Positions 16,117 through 25,473 of a stretch of 53,965 nucleotides of DNA are shown in pieces. This DNA comes from a virus (Duplodnaviria; Caudoviricetes): the IMG/VR virus record IMGVR_UViG_3300017726_000004, positions 1 through 53,965 of that record. One strand, written 5' to 3'. The position numbers and the translations under genes were made by a program. Below the pieces are notes generated by a model. The model made no database searches. It saw only the letters and a list, made by a program, of their open reading frames with translations, and had not been told where the DNA came from. The first letter of the stretch is position 1; each line of letters begins with the position of its first letter.

Positions 16117-16581
16117 ATGGCTAGATTAATTGAAACAGAAGTTAGTGAGTTAAGTGATGGGATTATAAATCAAATCCAAAGACTCGCTGAAATTCAACTA
16201 GAAAATGGATGGCATCAACCACAAGCCATAAAAAATTCTATTTACTCTCGATTCATCGGAATGTATAAGATTATTCACGAGGAAGATGGAGTAATGTATA
16301 TCGGCATGGGTAATATAAACCAACGAAGGGTGAGACACGTTGGTGTGTTTAAAAATAACGGGAAAGCAATGGTTTCGGGAAATGGAAGATCATCAGACTC
16401 CCCCGTTGCAAGAAAGATGTATGAACACGATTCGGATATTAATCGGTGGAGCATCAGTTTCATGACACTGGATGATGACATTGATCGTTTCGTTGCCGAC
16501 GCTGTTATGAAAAGAATTGAGTGCATATTATCTGAGGAATGTAGTCCGGTTTTTTCCACAAAACACATGGTGGGTAAATGA
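16117..16581 (+). CDS. GIY-YIG endonuclease-like protein
   Basis: GMYKI......MYIG.....RR..H, with a downstream E. Confidence 0.65.
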   Translation: MARLIETEVSELSDGIINQIQRLAEIQLENGWHQPQAIKNSIYSRFIGMYKIIHEEDGVMYIGMGNINQRRVRHVGVFKNNGKAMVSGNGRSSDSPVARKMYEHDSDINRWSISFMTLDDDIDRFVADAVMKRIECILSEECSPVFSTKHMVGK

Positions 16582-17072
16582 AAGAGTTTGATTACAGTTT
16601 AGATTATGAGAACATTAACTTTCGGAAGAATCCCGAACTCTATCGTATTGGTAGAGGTGAACAAGGAGTATTGCTAGTTGAACCATATAAATCGGAAATC
16701 TGTCAACATTGGAGATTCCGAACTCCAGAAATTGCAGAAGTATCGTCTGCTAAAATCACTTCTATGTTTTATGAGTATCTTATTTGCGATGACTTTGTTG
16801 GTGCTGATATGGCACGCAAGTTCCTCATGATGGGATGGACGAGAGCAAGACGATACGCAAACCATCGAAGTGGAAAAAAGTATGATAACAAAGGCAACGT
16901 GAAACCACAGGAACCAGATCACTGGACTTGTGAGAAAGCGGAGTCTGCAAGAATCTTCAAAAAATCATATGATGAGGCTAGACATAACCCAACTTATCGT
17001 GTAATGTATGCAAACTGGAGAGCATATGAAAGCGCCGTGGGAGGAATAGGCATTTCTCAGGACGACTTATAA
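16578..17072 (+). CDS. DUF4385 family protein
   Basis: YRIGRGEQGVLLVEPYKSEI..HWRF, DFVGADMARKFL.MG.TRARRYANH. Confidence 0.9.
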   Translation: MKEFDYSLDYENINFRKNPELYRIGRGEQGVLLVEPYKSEICQHWRFRTPEIAEVSSAKITSMFYEYLICDDFVGADMARKFLMMGWTRARRYANHRSGKKYDNKGNVKPQEPDHWTCEKAESARIFKKSYDEARHNPTYRVMYANWRAYESAVGGIGISQDDL

Positions 17073-17106
17073 TCGTGCAAACTTGGTTCGATTCCAAGAC
17101 GGCGTA
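17032..17106 (+). tRNA. tRNA-Ile (anticodon TAT), atypical, overlapping the upstream CDS end
   Basis: Acceptor GCGCCGT/ACGGCGT; T arm CTTGG-TTCGATT-CCAAG; anticodon arm ACGA-CTTATAA-TCGT; G at position 8. Confidence 0.75.
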
Positions 17107-17168
17107 TTGTAGAGCATATACATACTCTACTGGTTTAAAACATGTTTTAATCGTTTTTTGTAAGGAGA

Positions 17169-17522
17169 ATGCCAATGGCAGATCATGAAATTGTAAAGAG
17201 AGCGTTTCTCAATAAAACCCCGGCTCGGGAAGACTTCTTTGTTCTTTCTGTGTCAAACATCGTCGATGTTCTTCCCGGTCAAGTGATCGAAGCATCACAA
17301 GTTCAAGACCTCTTTGATGCAGGTGTTGACGTTACCATCAACCTCCCAATGCCTCCTCAAGGTGGCATGGCTCCTCCCCAAGCAGGGGCACAACAGTTTC
17401 GTGATGTCGAAACTGAAAAGCCCGGTGGTTGCATGAATTGTGGTAAGAAGAAAGAACAACAACTTGATGGTGACATCATCGAAGAAGAAACTTCAGTCGA
17501 AGTCGCAGAAGTTTCTGAGTGA
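17169..17522 (+). CDS. hypothetical protein with CxxC motif
   Basis: AAGGAG SD; ORF track. Confidence 0.7.
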   Translation: MPMADHEIVKRAFLNKTPAREDFFVLSVSNIVDVLPGQVIEASQVQDLFDAGVDVTINLPMPPQGGMAPPQAGAQQFRDVETEKPGGCMNCGKKKEQQLDGDIIEEETSVEVAEVSE

Positions 17523-17544
17523 TCTAAGATCACAATCGAATAAG

Positions 17545-17571
17545 AAAGGGAGCCTTTTGGCTCCCTTTTTT
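17545..17571. terminator. bidirectional intrinsic terminator
   Basis: AAAGGGAGCC-TTTT-GGCTCCCTTTTTT between convergent genes. Confidence 0.85.
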
Positions 17572-20500
17572 AATATGAGTATCCCCCCATTGATCCACTT
17601 GATGGTGGTGATGGGGGAGGTGTTGGTGTTACAGTTGCTCTTCTTGGTGCCGCTGTGGGTACTGGTGTGGGTGCTGGTGTTTGTTGCACATAGGTAATCG
17701 CTGCTTGAGTTCGTTCTGTGATTGAGTAACCCGGATCAACCACAACCGCATTTGTATCTGTGACATCGGTATACTTACCCACAAACACTTGCTCTTCTAC
17801 ATCAGGGTTATCGTTAAACAAACAGTTAGTGTCTTTGCAAGAAACACCCGGACTGAAGAAACCACCTTGATGCTGACAAGCAATCCTGTTAACATATCGT
17901 TTCTGGAAACCACCCGGCTCCGGAACGCAACAGCAACCAACTGCACATGGTGTATCATAGTCTTCACATTTGTTCAGTAAAGTTCTGTGTGTAGCGTTTT
18001 CTGGACAACCCTGTCCCAGAGTTGATGTGCTACATGTGTATGAAGTAATGTCTCCAAACTCATTTTGTGTTGGGGTACAACAAAGAAGTGGTTCGTCCGG
18101 TCCATATTCACTTCCGCATGGATTTCTTGGATCGTCGCAAGATTGTCCAGCAAAAAATGTTTTGGCACTGTCAACACTGTCATCACAATCTTCTGGTCTT
18201 GTCGTTTCACCATAGGTGATAATTGATCCGTCTGGAAGATACTCTACTTGACAGCAACAACCATTACACGGACCGGATTCACACTCTGCACCGGGATTAT
18301 GTAATCCACCAAGTCGATCACAATCATCTTTTGTTAAGTTGTCAATCGTTGTATTACCAACACAGCAACATCCTTTTGGTGACGGTGTTCCTGTCGGTGA
18401 AATTACTGGACCTAAACACTCTGGACATTCGGTCTGCATAAGTGATTGAACTCGTGCCCAGTATTGATTTGCTCTCGCACATGGTCCACCACCTTCCGCT
18501 TCGTTTGGATTCTGATAACAACAATCCGGTTTTTGGCAACATCTATGACCGCATGTTCCCTCCTTATGCATTTTTGCTAAGTCTTCGCATGTGTAACATG
18601 TGTGTCCGTCTTGACGACTCTTATGTCCACTACCTGTGCAAGCAGGGAGTCCACATGTTCGTTTTCCTTGATTTCGAGTCCACCTTCTATACCAACAATA
18701 GACAATAAGTCTGGACAGTTTTAACTTAAATTGACAACATTCCACTTGAAGCAGTAAAGGAAGTTCGCTACAATCTCGACAAAGCAGTTCATGTGCATTT
18801 GCCGGTATGTCGCAGCAGTGTGGTTCACTTTGTCCTCCACCATAACGACAAACGCTTCTTGCGTCTTCGATGTACGCTGGGAAAATTTGGAATGGACCAC
18901 AACCATTAGCCGTGGCGGACGCTCTAGCATCGCATTGTTTAAGCGGCTGTTGATCATCAAACGGATTTCTCCAATCACCAGACTCAACCGCTTGAATCGC
19001 TTTGAACAAACACTCCATACAATTTGTTTGACATCCTCGTTGTTCACATGTGCAACAAGTGTTTACTCCACCGGGAAAGTCTGGAGGATCTCTTAATGTT
19101 GGGTAGTTTCCGTTCGCTATGTCTTCGGGACTAACGGTGATGTATTCGGGATCATATGGAATTGATCTAGCATAAGTTTCATCATCGACATAGTTACCGT
19201 GAAATTGTTGACCCAGCACATCAAGACCGTTTGGCATAAAGTAGGTAATGCCGTCCAAAACGTGAATATGATACCCAATAAATCCTAGTTGTCTTTCTTC
19301 CTCGTTTCTGGCTTGAGTTGGAGTTGGACTTGCGGCAACTGCGGACTGGGCAGTATTGTAAAGCGGATAATATCCACTAATTGAAAACGGACCAATTGCT
19401 CTTTTTTCTTTGACGTTATAAAGTCCAAGATAATATTCATATAGAGAATCAGAGTTACACGGAAGGTAATACTCTTGATCATTTACTTTTTGTGTTCTGA
19501 TGCCGGGACAACCCAACATAGACGATCTCTTGACTGCTTTTTCTTCAGTGAGGAACATGTCATAGGCTTCAAAAATAGATTCAGAATAATCATTCGTCCG
19601 AATGACGGGTGATGTTACAGAAGACTCATTTGATGCTTTTTTAACGACAATCTCACCACCAAGATCCGTACCCTCGATGTACCAATAATAATTTCTATAA
19701 TCAATCGGTGGACGGAATGTAACATAAGCACCAACAGACCCGAGAGATCCAGAGCGATCAACACCGCTACTAAATTCACTTGCACCTACATTACTTCCAC
19801 CACGAACTTTTGATATCGCAAATCTTTTTCCTAAGTTCTTCAAACTAGGATCGGATAAATCGAAACGATAATATTCACCCGCAAAAAGTTCTATGTTTGT
19901 TTTGCTTTCATCATTAATGGTAAACGAATCGTTATTGTATTTAATATCAAATAGTTCTTTTACAATCTGACGAATTGACCGAGGGACTTTAACTTGTCCA
20001 AGCGTTTGAACATAGTCTCTATATTCTCCCGTGGAAAGAAGGTTTGTTGGAACAACCTCCGGTTCCTCTGGTTGCTGTGTTAGCAGTTGATCTGAACTCT
20101 GAAATGTTTCGGGACAAAGATCACAACTACCATCCATTGGACCCTCAACATTTGTTAAGTTATAATCTTCCCTGTCCGCTCGAATTGTAGCCCAGAAATT
20201 ATAGTTTTCCTCACATTCCACAAACTGATTTGGTTCGATATATCTTTGTGTGTTTGTGTCAAAGATTGTTTCTTTTGCATAGTAACAATTTTTAAACTTA
20301 GTGTCAGAGCCTCGACCCTTGAAGAGCGTTATAATAACCGGAGATCCAGTAAAGTTTGCCTCTTCAAGCCTTCGATTGACAGAAATAATTTCTGTGCCGT
20401 CACTGGCAATATCAATGTCGGTAATTTTGTATAATTTGTTTTCGTTTGCTGCCGCAGATGCCCCAGAAAGTTTTAATGTATCACCAATTAAAGCACCTAA

Positions 20501-21019
20501 GTTTGCAAAGGATTCACTTGAGTCAACACCAAGTTCATTTACAATTTTATATGATTGTGTATTATTTGGTGGAAGAGTGATTCCAATCAAAGGTGTAGTA
20601 TCAAAAAAGTTTGACTTATAAATGTTTCTTTCTGTATCGTAAGAAACACCAGAGACAGGGGTTACTAAAATTCTGTCGTCACCGATGAATCTCTTAAACG
20701 TGTAGGTTCCTGAAAAGTCGGCTTTGATTCCTTGGATAGAATCTGAGTAATTTGCATTTTCAATGGTAAACTGTTTGTTTGTTCCTTTTTTTCGGAAAAT
20801 TGATTGGAACTCATCCAAGTCCAAACGATTTTTGACACTGGAGTAGTCAACGAGAACATCAGTTCCCTGAATAATAAAATTTGGTTTACTCGTTAATCTT
20901 CTCTCGGAAAATAAATCATCCTCTGAGTCTATAAACCTCAGTCCTAAAAAAGTCTTTGAATCTACAGCGTTTAATCTTCTGTTAGATGCATAAGAGTCAT
21001 TATAAATGTCATTATTCAT
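17570..21019 (-). CDS. large Cys-rich putative virion protein with an i-type lysozyme-like domain
   Basis: AIQAVESG...CGPFQI..AY..DA...TCEDLAKMH..G..G...YWARV; several CC-repeat modules; P/S/G tail. Confidence 0.8.
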   Translation of the reverse strand: MNNDIYNDSYASNRRLNAVDSKTFLGLRFIDSEDDLFSERRLTSKPNFIIQGTDVLVDYSSVKNRLDLDEFQSIFRKKGTNKQFTIENANYSDSIQGIKADFSGTYTFKRFIGDDRILVTPVSGVSYDTERNIYKSNFFDTTPLIGITLPPNNTQSYKIVNELGVDSSESFANLGALIGDTLKLSGASAAANENKLYKITDIDIASDGTEIISVNRRLEEANFTGSPVIITLFKGRGSDTKFKNCYYAKETIFDTNTQRYIEPNQFVECEENYNFWATIRADREDYNLTNVEGPMDGSCDLCPETFQSSDQLLTQQPEEPEVVPTNLLSTGEYRDYVQTLGQVKVPRSIRQIVKELFDIKYNNDSFTINDESKTNIELFAGEYYRFDLSDPSLKNLGKRFAISKVRGGSNVGASEFSSGVDRSGSLGSVGAYVTFRPPIDYRNYYWYIEGTDLGGEIVVKKASNESSVTSPVIRTNDYSESIFEAYDMFLTEEKAVKRSSMLGCPGIRTQKVNDQEYYLPCNSDSLYEYYLGLYNVKEKRAIGPFSISGYYPLYNTAQSAVAASPTPTQARNEEERQLGFIGYHIHVLDGITYFMPNGLDVLGQQFHGNYVDDETYARSIPYDPEYITVSPEDIANGNYPTLRDPPDFPGGVNTCCTCEQRGCQTNCMECLFKAIQAVESGDWRNPFDDQQPLKQCDARASATANGCGPFQIFPAYIEDARSVCRYGGGQSEPHCCDIPANAHELLCRDCSELPLLLQVECCQFKLKLSRLIVYCWYRRWTRNQGKRTCGLPACTGSGHKSRQDGHTCYTCEDLAKMHKEGTCGHRCCQKPDCCYQNPNEAEGGGPCARANQYWARVQSLMQTECPECLGPVISPTGTPSPKGCCCVGNTTIDNLTKDDCDRLGGLHNPGAECESGPCNGCCCQVEYLPDGSIITYGETTRPEDCDDSVDSAKTFFAGQSCDDPRNPCGSEYGPDEPLLCCTPTQNEFGDITSYTCSTSTLGQGCPENATHRTLLNKCEDYDTPCAVGCCCVPEPGGFQKRYVNRIACQHQGGFFSPGVSCKDTNCLFNDNPDVEEQVFVGKYTDVTDTNAVVVDPGYSITERTQAAITYVQQTPAPTPVPTAAPRRATVTPTPPPSPPSSGSMGGYSY

Positions 21020-21020
21020 A

Positions 21021-22310
21021 TTAAGAACCTAAGTAGTAAACAGTTTGCGCACCTTTGCCACCGCCGGATCGAACATAAATTAATCCAACATCGCTAACGT
21101 TTATGAAACAAGACTCACCGGGTTCAAGTGGATATCCTGCCCCCGCATTCAGTGTCAATGCAAAGTTTCCGACCAGAACACTATCTGTATTGTCAATGTC
21201 TGCCTTAATCTTAACACCAACTTTAACCGACAGACCACTTGTGATTTGTATCGCACCAGTCGGGGGTACGGATTTTAATCCAGCATGGATGATCCCCGGT
21301 TGCTCAGTTTCTGAAATCTTAACTTTGACATTACCAGAATTAAGATCATTGCGAATTAATGGGATGCTATCAGTATCTTGATTAATACCAGAAAGATTTG
21401 TGATAAGAGGTTTCGAGGAACTTTCAAGAGAATTTACAATATTTGTATCATCAATTGTTTGAGTTCCGCTGAATGAAACCGGAAGAGAGGACAGAGAGGT
21501 GACGGGAATCGCACCACCATACTCACCCTTAACCAGCACTGGTTCACCACCAGAAAGTCCCTGAACTCTCAAAGCGTTACCTGCGGAGTCGTTTGTAACC
21601 CCAGTCGTTGCAGAAACGGTTACATTCGCAGTGAATGATGTGTTGGTGACTGCAACTTTCAGAGAGTCTCCAGAGAATCCTGCGGTTGAACCGGATCTGT
21701 CTTTTGCTAAAACAACTGGAACATATGGTGTTGCGTCTGAGCCGAAAACTTTAATACTGTCGGTTGCAGCAAGAATTGTTCTACCACCAGAAACCCCAAT
21801 AACACTGTTTTCAATACTAACACTGTCCGTTGAGTGATTTAATCTTCTTCCACCAGTTACCGCAATTGCGGTGGCACCACTTAATCCAAAGACGGCAAGT
21901 CCAGTATTATTGGAAACATTTACCGTTCCTGAAACGGGAACAGGGAAACCACCACTAATACCTTGAATGGTTCCCGTGATACCAACGTTTCCTCCCGTTG
22001 AAGTTCCAGCAACTTTAATAAAGTTATTCGTTACACCTGTTGGCACTGGCTCAAACGGAACAACAATTGTTGCGTTACCAGTAAGACCAACCGAACCAGA
22101 GACACCAACAAGTTCTTGGTTACTTTGAATTGTGATTGGTAATGGGGTACTTGCCGAAACACGAGTGCTTACAGTGTCATCACCAAAGGCAATTTTCTGG
22201 ATAGGAATGTGAGCGTTGGTAATTCCAACCCCAGATGAAGCGAAATCTGTTGCCATATTGGCTGTGTTACCGCTAATGTCGATGATGATGTTTGATCCGG
22301 TATCAGGCAT
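21021..22310 (-). CDS. putative virion structural protein (G/S/T/V-rich, fibre-like)
   Basis: Composition; C-terminal GVKIKA..DNT..V.VG...GYPLEPGES module. Confidence 0.7.
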   Translation of the reverse strand: MPDTGSNIIIDISGNTANMATDFASSGVGITNAHIPIQKIAFGDDTVSTRVSASTPLPITIQSNQELVGVSGSVGLTGNATIVVPFEPVPTGVTNNFIKVAGTSTGGNVGITGTIQGISGGFPVPVSGTVNVSNNTGLAVFGLSGATAIAVTGGRRLNHSTDSVSIENSVIGVSGGRTILAATDSIKVFGSDATPYVPVVLAKDRSGSTAGFSGDSLKVAVTNTSFTANVTVSATTGVTNDSAGNALRVQGLSGGEPVLVKGEYGGAIPVTSLSSLPVSFSGTQTIDDTNIVNSLESSSKPLITNLSGINQDTDSIPLIRNDLNSGNVKVKISETEQPGIIHAGLKSVPPTGAIQITSGLSVKVGVKIKADIDNTDSVLVGNFALTLNAGAGYPLEPGESCFINVSDVGLIYVRSGGGKGAQTVYYLGS

Positions 22311-22335
22311 TTAAAACTCCATAAATAGTTTTGAG

Positions 22336-22364
22336 TTGACTTATCTTCCGAAAGGCCTTATAAT
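22336..22364 (+). promoter_or_regulatory. sigma70-type promoter for gp33-gp32
   Basis: TTGACT-17-TATAAT; ATG 6 nt downstream. Confidence 0.8.
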
Positions 22365-22370
22365 TCTGTC

Positions 22371-22598
22371 ATGGTATTTATTGATCAAGAACAAGAAAAG
22401 TTTTGTAAACAAGTTGAAAAATATGTTTCCGAAAATGGTGGAACATATTTAGACGCTGTTTTATGTATATGTAAAGAAAATAACATCTCACCGGAGGTTG
22501 GTGGAAAAATGATTTCTAAACCTCTAAAAGAGAAGTTGCAAATGGAAGCGATTGAGTTAAACTATCGTTTGCCCAACGTTGGGGCAAGTTTATTTTGA
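22371..22598 (+). CDS. late transcription coactivator (T4 gp33-like)
   Basis: F...VE.......YLDAV...C.EN.I..E...KMISKPLKEKL..EA..LN; lies next to gp32. Confidence 0.85.
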   Translation: MVFIDQEQEKFCKQVEKYVSENGGTYLDAVLCICKENNISPEVGGKMISKPLKEKLQMEAIELNYRLPNVGASLF

Positions 22599-22655
22599 AG
22601 TGGGGAGTTCCCACCAAGTATCAGACCGAGGGAGATCCTCGGGGAAAGAAAATTT

Positions 22656-23537
22656 ATGAGTTTTAAAGACATGAAAAGAAAGTCTGTCGGTAGCATTAGC
22701 GAACTGACAAAAAAACTGGAAAGTTCTGAAAAGAAAAATTCTTATCAGGATGATCGGTTCTGGAAACCAACTCTTGACAAAGCAAGTAATGGAATGGCTG
22801 TGTTCCGCTTTCTCCCTGCACCGGAGAATGAGGATATGCCTTGGGTGAAACTCTACACCCACGCTTTTAAGGTTGGTGGTCGTTGGTATATCGAAAACTC
22901 TCGCACCACGATTGGTGAAAAGGATCCAGTTTCAGAGATGAACTCAGAACTCTGGAACAGCGGTCTTGAATCCGACAAGGACATCGCTAGGGATCGTAAG
23001 CGTAAGTTGTCTTACATCTCAAACATCCTTGTTCTAAAGGATCCGGGCGCACCCGAGAATGAGGGAAAAGTGTTCCTCTACAAGTATGGTGTGAAAATCT
23101 TCAACAAGATTCAGGAAGCAATGCAACCTGAGTTTGATGACGAAGATCCTATCAACCCGTTTGATTATTGGGCTGGTGCGAATTTCAAGTTGAAGGTTCG
23201 TAAAGTTGGTGGTTACATCAACTATGACAAGTCTGAGTTTGAATCACCTTCCGAGTTGCTCGGTGGTGATGATGCCAAACTTGAAGAGTTGTGGAAGACA
23301 GAACATGCTCTTCAAGCGTTCGTTGCTCCAGATCAGTTTAAGCCTTACGATGAATTGAAGAAGAAGTTGCAGGATGTAGTCGGTGAAGACATTCGTGCAA
23401 CGGAATCGGATTTCGTGAGTCAAAAGACTGCGGAGGATGTTGTTGTGGAGGATGCGACCTCTTCTGACAGCGGAAATACAGAGGGTGAGGAAACTGACGC
23501 TTTGTCATATTTCCAAAGTCTGGGTAACGAAGACTGA
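22656..23537 (+). CDS. single-stranded DNA-binding protein (T4 gp32-like)
   Basis: DDRFWKP, RFLPAP, WYIENS.TT, RKRKLSY, NEGKVFLYKYG, GANFKLK, NYDKSEF, acidic tail ending LSYF. Confidence 0.97.
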   Translation: MSFKDMKRKSVGSISELTKKLESSEKKNSYQDDRFWKPTLDKASNGMAVFRFLPAPENEDMPWVKLYTHAFKVGGRWYIENSRTTIGEKDPVSEMNSELWNSGLESDKDIARDRKRKLSYISNILVLKDPGAPENEGKVFLYKYGVKIFNKIQEAMQPEFDDEDPINPFDYWAGANFKLKVRKVGGYINYDKSEFESPSELLGGDDAKLEELWKTEHALQAFVAPDQFKPYDELKKKLQDVVGEDIRATESDFVSQKTAEDVVVEDATSSDSGNTEGEETDALSYFQSLGNED

Positions 23538-23563
23538 TTTCATTTTTCAGATGGATGAAATCG

Positions 23564-23593
23564 AAAAGCCCCCGCTTCGGCGGGGGTTTTTTT
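23564..23593. terminator. bidirectional intrinsic terminator
   Basis: AAAAGCCCCCGC-TTCG-GCGGGGGTTTTTTT. Confidence 0.9.
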
Positions 23594-25292
23594 ATCCGTT
23601 TCCTATTCTCCAGATAGGGAACATTTTATTTGCCATACCTATCATGTCAAACATAGTTTGACCACCTCCACCTCCACCGAGTCCTGTCGCATGAGGTGTC
23701 TTTACTTTCGCTGGATTTGAAGGTTTCACTCTTGGTGTGTTTGCTTGTGAAGTTTGTTCTCTTCCGGACTGCGAATTTCTATATTTTTCTCGCTGTTCTT
23801 GAAGAGCGGAAAGTTGTGCGGAAAACTCTTTCATTTTTTGCTCTCCCTCCATCGTGATAAGTTCTTCTCTGAGTTTTTCTCCTCTTGGTGCTGGTCGATA
23901 ATCAATCCCACCGGGCGCCTGTTCATCTCGATGTCGTTGCACAACAGCCCGTGCGGCTCCCAAGTAGTCTCTATCCTTGTCCATAGCATCCGTCATCGGG
24001 TACATATATTTTTCATTCCGAGGATCAAATGGACGGCTAGGAAGCACTAATGGATTGTTGTCCATACCTCTGTCTATTTCTAGATCCACTGGGCTACCTT
24101 GAGGACCAATGCCATTGATTGTTAATAAGTTCTGTCGTTGTCTTTCTGCACGTTCAAAGACATCTATACCAGCCTTACGCACCAATCTTGCCTTACTCTC
24201 CTCATTTTTTCGATCCAAACCCGCAAGTCTTTTTTGTCTATCTGATCTTGCTTTTTCTTTTTCTGCTGCTTCTTTCTCTCGATCTGCAAACATCTTTTCC
24301 CGTCTTGCACGCAAATCCTTTCCCGGTTCTCCAACACTCTTCATTCTTTCTTCTGCTCGTCTATCGAGTTTAGCACTCTGAGATTCTTGAGTTTCTGGTC
24401 TTGGAATTCCTCCGGGCCCATACCTATCTCTCAAATCCATCGCTAAAACCGGTCTTCGATCTCTTTGCATTTGTAGATACATTTCTGGATTTACTTTCTC
24501 TGCGGTTTTCAAAATCTGTTCGGCACGATCTGGAAATCTTTCTGCCTGTGTTATTAGGACTTGAATCTCTGCACGATCTTTTCTGTTCTGTATCCCAGAA
24601 CTAAATCTCTCTGATTCCACTTGTCCGGGTGTTTTTAAAAGTCCGGGTGTAGTGGGAGCAATTTTGTCTAGTCTTGCTCTAAATTCTTGATTGTATGAAT
24701 CCATGTCAGATGAAGGAGATGGGTTGGTTATTTGCCTAAACATACTGGAAATTTGAATTTCATCGGCGTTTGGCATAAGATTTCTTGCCATCGTCCCGAA
24801 ACCCTCTTTACTCATGGGCATCTGATTATAAAGAGATCGTAATCTTTCTAGTGGAATCACAGCCTCTGGTCCATTTTCACCAATCAATGCTTGTGTTGGA
24901 CTTGTAACAATACCACCTGTGCGTAATGCGGGAAGTTGTGTCATACCTTTTTCAGTTTTAATCACTGCTGTCTTGAAAGTATATTTGTCAAGTTTTTTGA
25001 TATCTCGTGGGTCGATTTTTTTGAATTTAGTATCTTTTGGTGTGTTCTTACTCAACACTTTTTGTACCATATCTTTTAATTCATTAAAGTCCTTTTCGTA
25101 TGAAACTTCTTTTGTTTCAGAAACAGACTCCAACTTTTCTTGATCAAATCCTCTACTCTTACTGGTGAACTGAATTGCATTGAAAAATTCAACCTCACTC
25201 ATTGGAGTTGGTGTAGTCTCTTTCTTCCGCTTTCTCCCCTTTTTCTTTCCACCAAGAGAGTCTATAATTTTATCTAAGGGTTTGTTTTGCAT
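23592..25292 (-). CDS. putative tape-measure/baseplate hub protein
   Basis: GGIVTSPTQALIGENGPEAVIPL motif; charged helical body; downstream of gp26/gp51. Confidence 0.6.
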   Translation of the reverse strand: MQNKPLDKIIDSLGGKKKGRKRKKETTPTPMSEVEFFNAIQFTSKSRGFDQEKLESVSETKEVSYEKDFNELKDMVQKVLSKNTPKDTKFKKIDPRDIKKLDKYTFKTAVIKTEKGMTQLPALRTGGIVTSPTQALIGENGPEAVIPLERLRSLYNQMPMSKEGFGTMARNLMPNADEIQISSMFRQITNPSPSSDMDSYNQEFRARLDKIAPTTPGLLKTPGQVESERFSSGIQNRKDRAEIQVLITQAERFPDRAEQILKTAEKVNPEMYLQMQRDRRPVLAMDLRDRYGPGGIPRPETQESQSAKLDRRAEERMKSVGEPGKDLRARREKMFADREKEAAEKEKARSDRQKRLAGLDRKNEESKARLVRKAGIDVFERAERQRQNLLTINGIGPQGSPVDLEIDRGMDNNPLVLPSRPFDPRNEKYMYPMTDAMDKDRDYLGAARAVVQRHRDEQAPGGIDYRPAPRGEKLREELITMEGEQKMKEFSAQLSALQEQREKYRNSQSGREQTSQANTPRVKPSNPAKVKTPHATGLGGGGGGQTMFDMIGMANKMFPIWRIGNG

Positions 25293-25473
25293 TTTGTCTT
25301 TCCCGTAACTTTTTGTTTTCCTCTTCGATATGTTGTTTTACTAATTCAACATAAATGTCTCTTTCCCACGGAATCATCATGTCGGTTTCAAGTAAACTCA
25401 TCTTAAAGTGTATAAACAAATCAAAATTAATTTTAAATATTGTTTCTAACGAGTCATGGCAAAGACTTAGCCG
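25270..25473 (-). CDS. baseplate hub assembly protein (gp51-like), probably made as a -1 frameshift extension of gp26
   Basis: HDSLE...K.NF.L..H.K.SL.E...MIPWERDIYV.L..QHIEEEN; the conserved part lies upstream of the first in-frame ATG (25401). Confidence 0.8.
   Translation of the reverse strand, partial: RLSLCHDSLETIFKINFDLFIHFKMSLLETDMMIPWERDIYVELVKQHIEEENKKLRERQNAKQTLR

Noticed and set aside
16117-16581. Intron-encoded homing endonuclease
   Set aside because: Free-standing; the flanking genes are not interrupted and no group I intron core is evident
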